Source: an uncultured SAR86 cluster bacterium
GTDB lineage: Bacteria; Pseudomonadota; Gammaproteobacteria; Magnimaribacterales; AG-339-G14
DNA: 64,000 nucleotides
Reading direction: 5' to 3'
NCBI GenBank assembly: GCA_902536295.1
Contig: CACAWS010000001.1
Span: 43,452-107,451, forward strand
Shown here: positions 28,096 through 36,065 of the stretch, in pieces
Position numbering within the stretch: position 1 is the first letter of the stretch
How the letters are laid out: the number at the start of each line of letters is the position of its first letter
Notes under the pieces: generated by a model
What the model saw: only the letters and a program-made list of their open reading frames with translations
What the model was told of the DNA's origin: nothing
Database searches by the model: none
Translations under genes and position numbers: made by a program

Positions 28096-30480
28096 ATGTT
28101 ATTACCTTTAGTTCCATTAAGAGACGTTGTTATATTCCCCGGAGTAGTAACCCCATTATTTGTTGGCAGAGATAAATCAATCAATGCTTTACAAAAAGCT
28201 ATGGCTGACGACAAGTCAGTTATGTTGATAGCCCAAAGAAACGCAGATGATGAAGATCCAACATTGGAAGATCTTTATAAAATCGGAACCGTTTCTACAA
28301 TTTTACAATTAATCAAATTGCCGGATGGAACTTTTAAAGTTTTAGTAGAGGGGATTAAAAGAGCAAGTTTAGAAAATATTAAAGATAAAAAAGATTATTT
28401 AGAGTCTGAAGTGGAAATCTTAAATACTTCTTCTATGGACGACGATTTGCAACAAAGTTACTTAAACACTTTAAAAGCTCAATTTAAGGATCTTTCTAAA
28501 GCATCTTCCAAAATTAGACCAGAAATTATAAGTCAAGCAAGATCTATAGAAAGATTGGATAAGCTTATTGATACTTTAGTAGGCCATTTATCTTTATCTC
28601 TTGAAGATCGTCAAATTCTATTAGAAGAAACGGATCTTGAAGAAAGATCAAAGAATCTAGTTTCACTTTTAGAAAATCAACTGGACCTAACTCAAATGGA
28701 GAAAAAAATACGAGATAGAGTTAAAAAACAAATGGAAAAAAGCCAAAAAGAATATTATCTGAGTGAACAGATGAAAGCTCTTAAAAAAGAGATGGGTGAA
28801 GGTGAAGACATAGATGATGAGATAGAAGCTATTGAGAAAAAAATTAAGGATTCAGGTATGCCCAAAGAGGCTACGGAAAAAGTTAATACGGAATTAAATA
28901 AATTTAAATTAATGCCGCCAATGTCTGCTGAAGCTTCTGTCGTGAGGGGATATATTGATTGGATGATAAGTATCCCTTGGAAGAAGAAATCTAAAATTCA
29001 AAAGAATATCTCTAAGGCCTCAGAAATCCTTGAAAACGATCATCACGGTTTAGAAGAAGTAAAAGAAAGAATTCTTGAATTTTTATCTGTGCAAAAAAGA
29101 GTTAGTAAAATTAAAGGGCCAGTTCTTTGCTTAGTTGGACCCCCTGGAGTAGGTAAAACCTCTTTAGGAGAATCCATTGCTAGAGCCACGGGTAGGGAAT
29201 TTGTAAGAGTTGCACTGGGCGGAGTAAGAGACGAAGCTGAAATTAGAGGGCATAGAAGAACATACATAGGATCTATGCCAGGTAAGATTCTTCAAAAGAT
29301 GTCAAAAGTTGGGGTTAAGAATCCTCTATTTCTTTTAGATGAAATTGACAAAATTGGCGCTGATTATAGAGGTGATCCTTCATCTGCCTTGCTTGAGGTT
29401 TTAGATCCAGAACAAAATCATACTTTTAATGATCATTATTTAGAAGTTGACTATGATCTTTCTGACGTAATGTTTGTTTGCACAGCCAACTCCTTAGATA
29501 TTCCTGGTCCATTGCTTGATAGGATGGAAATAATCAGGCTTCCAGGTTATACAGAAGATGAAAAATTAAGTATTGCAAAAAATTATTTAGTACCAAAACA
29601 ACTTAAAAATAATGGGCTTGCTGATAGCGAAATTATCTTTGAAGACTCTGGTATTCTCGATGCAATTAGATACTTTACTAGGGAGGCTGGAGTTAGAGCC
29701 TTAGAAAGAGAGATAGCTAAAATTTGTCGAAAAACTATAAAAAAAATTGCTGATTTAAAAAGAAAAACTAAACAAAAGATCTCTTCTAAAAATATTGAAG
29801 ATTTTCTCGGGGTTAAGAAATTTGATTTTGGTGAAGCCAAAGAAAAAGATCGTATCGGACAGGTGACTGGCTTGGCTTGGACGCAAGTTGGGGGTGAACT
29901 TCTTACCATCGAAGCATCTGCTTTCAAAGGAAAAGGAAAAATAATCAAGACTGGTAAACTTGGTGACGTAATGCAAGAGTCTATTCAAGCAGCCATATCT
30001 GTAGTTAGATCTAGATCTGAAGGGCTTGGAATAAATCCTGATTTTTATGAGCTTAATGATATTCATATCCACGTTCCTGAAGGTGCGACTCCAAAAGATG
30101 GTCCCAGTGCAGGAATTGGTATGGTCACTGCTGTCACTTCAGTTTTAGCTAACCTGCCTGTTAGAGCTGATGTAGCTATGACCGGTGAAATTACTCTTAG
30201 AGGTGAAGTCTTAAAAATTGGTGGACTTAAGGAAAAACTATTAGCGGCTCGTAGAGGAGGCATAAAAACAGTTTTGATACCTGACGGTAACGTTGGTGAT
30301 TTAAAAGAAATACCTGAGAAAATTACAAAGGATTTACAGATCAAACCTGTTAAATGGATTGATGAAGTATTTAAAGTGGTTTTTACTGAAGAACCCAAAC
30401 CTTGGGTGGCAGAGAAGATAGTTGAACCGAAAACTCGAAAAACTTTGAAAAATAAGAAAAATAAACTTGAAACTCATTAA
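28096..30480 (+). CDS. lon: Lon protease
   Basis: 794 aa. 'VPLRDVVIFPG', Walker A 'GPPGVGKTS', 'LLDEIDK', catalytic Ser 'KDGPSAGI', 'GGLKEKLLAA'. Confidence 0.95.
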   Translation: MLLPLVPLRDVVIFPGVVTPLFVGRDKSINALQKAMADDKSVMLIAQRNADDEDPTLEDLYKIGTVSTILQLIKLPDGTFKVLVEGIKRASLENIKDKKDYLESEVEILNTSSMDDDLQQSYLNTLKAQFKDLSKASSKIRPEIISQARSIERLDKLIDTLVGHLSLSLEDRQILLEETDLEERSKNLVSLLENQLDLTQMEKKIRDRVKKQMEKSQKEYYLSEQMKALKKEMGEGEDIDDEIEAIEKKIKDSGMPKEATEKVNTELNKFKLMPPMSAEASVVRGYIDWMISIPWKKKSKIQKNISKASEILENDHHGLEEVKERILEFLSVQKRVSKIKGPVLCLVGPPGVGKTSLGESIARATGREFVRVALGGVRDEAEIRGHRRTYIGSMPGKILQKMSKVGVKNPLFLLDEIDKIGADYRGDPSSALLEVLDPEQNHTFNDHYLEVDYDLSDVMFVCTANSLDIPGPLLDRMEIIRLPGYTEDEKLSIAKNYLVPKQLKNNGLADSEIIFEDSGILDAIRYFTREAGVRALEREIAKICRKTIKKIADLKRKTKQKISSKNIEDFLGVKKFDFGEAKEKDRIGQVTGLAWTQVGGELLTIEASAFKGKGKIIKTGKLGDVMQESIQAAISVVRSRSEGLGINPDFYELNDIHIHVPEGATPKDGPSAGIGMVTAVTSVLANLPVRADVAMTGEITLRGEVLKIGGLKEKLLAARRGGIKTVLIPDGNVGDLKEIPEKITKDLQIKPVKWIDEVFKVVFTEEPKPWVAEKIVEPKTRKTLKNKKNKLETH

Positions 30481-30510
30481 AAATTTATTTAAGCATTACC
30501 TCATATCTGC

Positions 30511-30539
30511 TTGACATCTATATAACTTAGGAATTAAAT
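30511..30539 (+). promoter_or_regulatory. Sigma-70-type promoter candidate for hupB
   Basis: TTGACA (30511-30516), a 17-nt spacer, then TTAAAT (30534-30539), about 64 nt upstream of the hupB ATG. Confidence 0.4.
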
Positions 30540-30602
30540 GACCAGAGTTATTAACGAATAGTTAATAACTTTTATTTTATTTAAATTTAAACAGAGAGAG
30601 TT

Positions 30603-30872
30603 ATGAATAAAGCAGAATTAATTGATTCAGTAGCATCAGCAACGGACATGTCCAAAGCTGAGGCGGGGAGAGCTTTGGATGCTGTTCTTGATGGAATAGC
30701 TGGAGCATTAAGTAGTGGAGACCAAGTTGCATTAGTTGGTTTCGGTACTTTCTTAGTAAGAGAAAGAGCGGCAAGAATGGGAAGAAACCCACAAACTGGC
30801 GAGACTATTCAAATAGCTGCATCTAAAGGTGTTGGTTTTAAACCGGGTAAAGCCCTTAAAGATAGTTTATAA
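30603..30872 (+). CDS. hupB: DNA-binding protein HU
   Basis: 89 aa. 'MNKAELID', '[23 protein letters not shown]' arm motif. Conserved position after lon. Confidence 0.92.
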   Translation: MNKAELIDSVASATDMSKAEAGRALDAVLDGIAGALSSGDQVALVGFGTFLVRERAARMGRNPQTGETIQIAASKGVGFKPGKALKDSL

Positions 30873-30884
30873 AATATATATAAT

Positions 30885-30916
30885 AAAAAACGCGTCGTAA
30901 TGGCGCGTTTTTTTTT
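30885..30916 (+). terminator. Intrinsic terminator after hupB
   Basis: aaaaaacgcg (9-nt loop) cgcgtttttt followed by a T-run ending at 30916. The ppiD start codon follows only 7 nt later. Confidence 0.7.
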
Positions 30917-30922
30917 GGAAAT

Positions 30923-32731
30923 ATGTCGGCAATATCAAATATAAGAAAAAATTTAAGTTCGACGGGTTCAACAATAATTGTTGGATTTATCGTATTTGTA
31001 TTGGTTGCAACTTTTGGAGGCTTTATTGGTAATACTAATTTAGGAAATAATCAAGCATTTTCAGTAAATGGAGAAGATATACACATCGGTGAATATAATT
31101 TAGAAGCTAATAGAATTTCATCTAATTTTAATTCTGGAGATATTTCTGATGATGATCTAGAAGCTTTCACAAGAAGTTCGATCATTTTTAAAGAATTATT
31201 TTCTCAAAAGGCAGACGACTTAGGCCTTGATATATCTGAAGATAAAATAAACGATATTATAAAAAAGGATATTAGTTTTTATGTAGATGGTAGATTTGAT
31301 GTAAATATTTTCCGAGGGCTTTTGTCTAGGCTAGGGATGACTACTGAAGATTTTAGGGCACTTACCAAGTCAAAATACAATGCTCTGGAATTGATAAATT
31401 TTTTTAACAACTCGGTTTTTGTAACCAATGAGGATGCAAAAAGTTTTATAACAACTTCAAAGCAAAAAAGAAATATTAGATTTAAAAAAATAAATTTAAA
31501 AGATGTTGCTGAGCTTCAAACCGTTTCAGAAAAAGAGATAATTGATTTTTATGAAAATAACCAGTCAAATTTTCTTACATTAAAAAAAATAGATTTAAAT
31601 ACGATTAGTATTTCTAAGGATGACTTTAAAAAGGGATTGGAAGTATCTAATGATGAAATTAAAGAAGAAAAAGAAGCTTTATCTATGAGTAGTCAAAACT
31701 CCGGACAGTCTAGGATCAGTCACATTCAGTTATCTTATGATTCAAATAACAAAGATGAACAGCTTTACCTTGCAAATGAGATTGTTTCAAAAATAATTGA
31801 TTCGTCGGAAACTTTTAATGATTTGGTTTTGGCTTTTTCTGACGACGTTGGATCCAAAGATAATTTTGGTGATCTAGGATTTACCGATGGAACTATTTTT
31901 CCAGATAAATTTGAAAATGCTATTTCTAATCTCAATATCAATGAGATTTCCGATGTTATCGATCTTGATGGTTCTTTTCATATTTTAAAATTAACGGAAA
32001 AAAACGAATTTACTATTTCTGATGATGAAATTATAGAAAGACTTATTTCAATGAAAGCTGAAGATGAGCTTCAAGATGTTTTAAACGAAATTGACGAGAA
32101 CATAGATAATCTATCAGTTACTGAAATTTCTGAAATATATAATATCTTTTCCAGCTCTATCAACGGGATGTCCGTTACGGACTTAATTACTTCCTATGGG
32201 GAAGTAGATTTAATTGAAGACTTTGAACGTGGAAATGTATTTCTTAATGAAATTTATGGGCCATATGAATCAGATCAAGGATACGTTATTTTGGAACCAA
32301 CAGACTATTTTCCTAGTACGTTAAAACCATTGGAAGAAGTTAAGGATGAAATTGTTAACGAATTAAAAATTTCCTCAGCAAAAATATTATTACCTTCTTT
32401 GATAAATGACTCTTTGGTAGATATTAGAAGTGAAAATAATCTAGAGAGCTTCACAACATACTCAGAGGTAGATAGAGATACTAGTTTATTTCCTCAAGAG
32501 GTTGTAAGCGCTATTTTCTCTATTTCTGACTCGAATGGAGAAGATTCAATTATATCTAAGGTTTATTTAGATGACGCCTATGTAATCCAGCTCACAGATG
32601 TCGAAGATTTCAAAGGCGTCATTACATTAGAAGAAATACAAGAAACTAAAGATTTTATTAGCCAGGCATTAGGTGAAATTGAAAGAGATAGCTTGTATGA
32701 AGATTTAAGAGCTTCGGCAAAAATTTACTAA
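30923..32731 (+). CDS. ppiD: Periplasmic chaperone / peptidyl-prolyl isomerase PpiD
   Basis: 602 aa. N-terminal membrane anchor, SurA-N-like region and a degenerate parvulin block ('SRISHIQL...GDLGFTDG...SFHILKL'). Conserved position after hupB. Confidence 0.75.
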   Translation: MSAISNIRKNLSSTGSTIIVGFIVFVLVATFGGFIGNTNLGNNQAFSVNGEDIHIGEYNLEANRISSNFNSGDISDDDLEAFTRSSIIFKELFSQKADDLGLDISEDKINDIIKKDISFYVDGRFDVNIFRGLLSRLGMTTEDFRALTKSKYNALELINFFNNSVFVTNEDAKSFITTSKQKRNIRFKKINLKDVAELQTVSEKEIIDFYENNQSNFLTLKKIDLNTISISKDDFKKGLEVSNDEIKEEKEALSMSSQNSGQSRISHIQLSYDSNNKDEQLYLANEIVSKIIDSSETFNDLVLAFSDDVGSKDNFGDLGFTDGTIFPDKFENAISNLNINEISDVIDLDGSFHILKLTEKNEFTISDDEIIERLISMKAEDELQDVLNEIDENIDNLSVTEISEIYNIFSSSINGMSVTDLITSYGEVDLIEDFERGNVFLNEIYGPYESDQGYVILEPTDYFPSTLKPLEEVKDEIVNELKISSAKILLPSLINDSLVDIRSENNLESFTTYSEVDRDTSLFPQEVVSAIFSISDSNGEDSIISKVYLDDAYVIQLTDVEDFKGVITLEEIQETKDFISQALGEIERDSLYEDLRASAKIY

Positions 32732-33522
32732 TCCGCTTCAGATAAATCACCCATAGCAGTAATGTTGAAACCTGCATCAACATATAAAATTTCTCCAGTT
32801 ATTCCACTGGCTAAGTCAGAGCACAAAAAAGCTCCCGCATTTCCAACTTCTTCAACAGTGATGTTTCTCCCTAAAGGACTCCTAGACGCATTATAAGAAA
32901 GCATTTTTCTGAAGCTTTTAATTCCAGACGCAGCTAAAGTTTTTATAGGTCCTGCAGAGATGGCATTTACTCTAATATTGTCTTTGCCGAGACTATTAGC
33001 TAAATACCTTGTAGTAGATTCCAATCCTGCTTTGGCAACACCCATGACATTATAATTTGGTAAGGTCCTTACAGCGCCTAAATAGGAGAGTGTCAACAAA
33101 GATGCATTTCTATTTTTCATAAGATTTTTTGATGCTTGAGCTAATGCAGTGAAACTGTATACGCTTATGTCATGAGCTATCTTAAACCCTTCTCGAGTAG
33201 CAACTTCAGTAAAATCTCCCTCTAATTCATTTGCTGGAGCAAATCCAACAGCATGAACTAGTCCGTCCAAATAGCCCCATTTACTTTCTACTTTTTTTAC
33301 CAAGTTTTTAATAGAATCATCATCTGAAACATCACACTCAATGTAAGTATCACAATTTAGTTCTTGTCCAACTTGCATGACTTTGCTTTTAAGTCGTTCT
33401 GATTGATAAGATAAGATTATTTCTGCTCCTTGGTTACGCATAGCTCTAGCTATTCCTGCAGCAATTGAAAATTTATTTGCTACACCAACAATTAAGAATT
33501 TTTTTTTGTTTAAAAAAGACAT
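32728..33522 (-). CDS. fabI: Enoyl-ACP reductase (NADH), FabI
   Basis: 264 aa. '[12 protein letters not shown]', '[12 protein letters not shown]' (Tyr/Lys), '[12 protein letters not shown]'. Confidence 0.92.
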   Translation of the reverse strand: MSFLNKKKFLIVGVANKFSIAAGIARAMRNQGAEIILSYQSERLKSKVMQVGQELNCDTYIECDVSDDDSIKNLVKKVESKWGYLDGLVHAVGFAPANELEGDFTEVATREGFKIAHDISVYSFTALAQASKNLMKNRNASLLTLSYLGAVRTLPNYNVMGVAKAGLESTTRYLANSLGKDNIRVNAISAGPIKTLAASGIKSFRKMLSYNASRSPLGRNITVEEVGNAGAFLCSDLASGITGEILYVDAGFNITAMGDLSEAD

Positions 33523-33558
33523 ATCAAAATTTTATCACGTTGAGTATAATCATTCCTC

Positions 33559-33825
33559 GTGAAATTCAAGATCTATTTTATTTTATCCTGCTTATCCCTA
33601 TTTTCCTTAACAGGTCATTCATATTTTCATGAAGAACATTTAGATCTTGATCATGAAGAAGAAACCGAATTTTGTACTTTTTGTCATTTTACCGAAGTTA
33701 ATTTTTCAGACGATCTTTCAATTGAAATTTATAATAAGTATTCAACAAATTACTTTTTTTCTTCTCAAAACAACTTATTTAATTTATCTAATTCAAATTT
33801 TTTCATTCGAGCTCCGCCTAATTAA
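33559..33825 (+). CDS. Small secreted His/Glu/Cys-rich protein (possibly DUF2946-like metal-binding partner of the downstream receptor)
   Basis: 88 aa with a GTG start. Signal peptide 'MKFKIYFILSCLSLFSLTG', then 'HSYFHEEHLDLDHEEETEFCTFCH', and a C-terminal 'RAPPN'. Sits directly upstream of a His/Asp-rich TonB-dependent receptor. Confidence 0.5.
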   Translation: MKFKIYFILSCLSLFSLTGHSYFHEEHLDLDHEEETEFCTFCHFTEVNFSDDLSIEIYNKYSTNYFFSSQNNLFNLSNSNFFIRAPPN

Positions 33826-33872
33826 TTTAAAGAGTTTATTTTTTTAATTAATTACAAAAAACAGGAGTTTTT

Positions 33873-35999
33873 ATGAAAAATTTTTATATTTTTTTTGCTG
33901 CTTTATTTGTAGCAACAGGATTATTAATTGCTCAGGAAGATATTGAAGAACTTACAGTTACTTCAGCTTTTCTAGATAGTGATGCAAGTAGTATTAATAA
34001 TCCTATACATGTCATTCAATATTCAGACTTTTCCAAAAAAGGAGTCTCAACATTAGCTGAGTCAATTGATTCATTATTGGGTGTTTCAAATCAAGATTAT
34101 GGCGCTTCGGTTGGCCAACCAATTATCAGAGGTATGTCTGGTAACAGAGTTAAAGTTTTGAATAATGGGTTGGTCGTAAGAGACGTAGCCTTTATGGGCG
34201 CCGATCATCCTATAGATGTTGATATTGGCGGTGTTGAACAAATTGAAATAATCAAAGGACCTTCATCTATTCTTTATTCAAATGGTGCGATTGGGGGAAT
34301 AGTAAATATCGTTGATAATACAATTTCAAAAAAAGACTTTCTAGAGAATGTTATAAACATTGGTTTTGAATCTCAATCAGTCAACGATGGAGATAATTTC
34401 AATTTTAACTATTCAGGAAATGTTGAAGGAATTAATTTATTCTTTTCTCATACTCACAAAAACCTAGATAATTTTGATATTCCAGATGAAGCAGTAATTC
34501 ATGATGACGATGATGACGATCATGATGAGTCATCTTTCCTTGCAAATTCTGATTCAAAGATGTCTGCAACAAGATTTGGTATTTCAAAAACAGGAGATTG
34601 GGGTTACTACGGTATTTCCGCATTGAATATAGATCAATTTAACGGAGTGCCGTTTCACGGTGAAGAGCACGAAGACCCTGTTGATCCAGGCGACCCAGAA
34701 CCAGAACATGAAGATGAAAGGATTTTTGCTTTTACTGATTCTAGCGTGATAAATTTCGCAGGAGAATACCAATTGAATGGTCCAATTAATTCGATTGCTT
34801 ATTCGCTTCGTGAAACAGATTCTTTTCTAACTGAACAGCATGAAGAAGAAGACCATGATGATGACCACGCTAATGAAGGCGGCGATGGAGATGATGGAGG
34901 TGACGGTGGAGACGATCACGAAGAACACGGAGCTACTACTTTCACTAATGATTCGGAAGAAATTCAGTTGATTTTAGATATATCTAAAGAAAACGAGCAA
35001 AAAATTGTTTTCAACATGGCTAATTCTGATTCTTCAGTAATTAAAGAAGAAGGAACACCTTCGATGAGACCAGCTGATACATCTGAAGAAACTATTGGTT
35101 ATTATTTAGGAACAAATTTTAATGATTTACATTTAGATTTCGGAATTAGATATGATCAAATTAGTATTGGTGGTTCCATTTCTGATGCTACCGACCCTAA
35201 CAACGTAGTGATAACTAATCACAATTTAGACTTCGATAACTTGAGTTATTCTTTATCTCTTAATACGCCTCTCGGGGATAATATTGAAGCAACGTTGGGA
35301 TATTCAAATGTTGAAAGAGCACCTTCTTCAACTGAGATATTCATGAATGGTAAGCATATGGCAATTCAAAGATATGAAATCGGAAGTGTTGCCTTAAATA
35401 CAGAAGAATCTAAAAACATTGATTTAGAATTTTCTTACCAATTAAATAATATTCAGTTTAATTTACTTTATTTTGAAAATGATGTTGATAACTATATTTA
35501 TCTTCTAGATGATCCTAATGGTACAGAGCTTGAAGAAGTGCTTATCGCAAGACACTCTCAACAAGATGCTGAATTCGACGGATATGAGTTTAGTGTGAAA
35601 ACAGATTTTGATTTATTCAATGGTAATTTATCTGTGCTGCTTGGAAAAGATTCAGTAGATGGTAAATTTTTAGATGGGTCAAACATTCCAAGAATTACTC
35701 CATCGAGAGATATTTATTCTTTTGTATACACTCAGGATGGTTTAACTTTTGATTTATCGTTGAAAAACGTTAAATCTCAACATGATGTTGCAGCTGGCGA
35801 ATCAATAACTGATGGATTTGACATGATAGATTTAATGGTTTCTAAATCCTTTAATCTTTATTCAGAGGATGATTTGACTTTAAGCTTTTTTGGTTCAAAT
35901 TTAACCGATGAAGTTGCGAGAAATCATTCTTCTTACGTAAAAAATGAAGTTCCTTTAGCAGGACGAAATTTGGGATTGAGATTTGATTTAAGTTTATAG
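33873..35999 (+). CDS. TonB-dependent receptor with His/Asp/Glu-rich loops (ZnuD-like metal receptor candidate)
   Basis: 708 aa. Signal peptide, plug 'GQPIIRGMSGNRVKVLNNG...GADHPIDVD...IEIIKGPSSILYSNGAIGGIVN', C-terminal beta-barrel ending 'LGLRFDLSL'. Three insertions: 'HDDDDDDHDE', 'HGEEHEDPVDPGDPEPEHEDE', 'EQHEEEDHDDDHANEGGDGDDGGDGGDDHEEHG'. Confidence 0.85.
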   Translation: MKNFYIFFAALFVATGLLIAQEDIEELTVTSAFLDSDASSINNPIHVIQYSDFSKKGVSTLAESIDSLLGVSNQDYGASVGQPIIRGMSGNRVKVLNNGLVVRDVAFMGADHPIDVDIGGVEQIEIIKGPSSILYSNGAIGGIVNIVDNTISKKDFLENVINIGFESQSVNDGDNFNFNYSGNVEGINLFFSHTHKNLDNFDIPDEAVIHDDDDDDHDESSFLANSDSKMSATRFGISKTGDWGYYGISALNIDQFNGVPFHGEEHEDPVDPGDPEPEHEDERIFAFTDSSVINFAGEYQLNGPINSIAYSLRETDSFLTEQHEEEDHDDDHANEGGDGDDGGDGGDDHEEHGATTFTNDSEEIQLILDISKENEQKIVFNMANSDSSVIKEEGTPSMRPADTSEETIGYYLGTNFNDLHLDFGIRYDQISIGGSISDATDPNNVVITNHNLDFDNLSYSLSLNTPLGDNIEATLGYSNVERAPSSTEIFMNGKHMAIQRYEIGSVALNTEESKNIDLEFSYQLNNIQFNLLYFENDVDNYIYLLDDPNGTELEEVLIARHSQQDAEFDGYEFSVKTDFDLFNGNLSVLLGKDSVDGKFLDGSNIPRITPSRDIYSFVYTQDGLTFDLSLKNVKSQHDVAAGESITDGFDMIDLMVSKSFNLYSEDDLTLSFFGSNLTDEVARNHSSYVKNEVPLAGRNLGLRFDLSL

Positions 36000-36065
36000 A
36001 TCTTTCATATCGAATATCTTTTACAAAACATATAGAATGAAGGAGTTAATTACTCCTTCATTCTT

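Noticed and set aside
33559-33825. The CTFCH motif read as a c-type cytochrome haem-binding site (CxxCH).
   Set aside because: It is a single motif embedded in a His/Glu-rich metal-binding-like stretch. There are no cytochrome maturation or redox partners nearby, and the context is a metal-type TonB receptor. It remains formally possible and could be tested by haem staining.
33647-33847. 66-aa alternative-frame ORF overlapping the small His/Cys-rich gene.
   Set aside because: It has no signal, SD or motif. The 33559 frame has a convincing signal peptide and a composition thematically matched to the downstream receptor.
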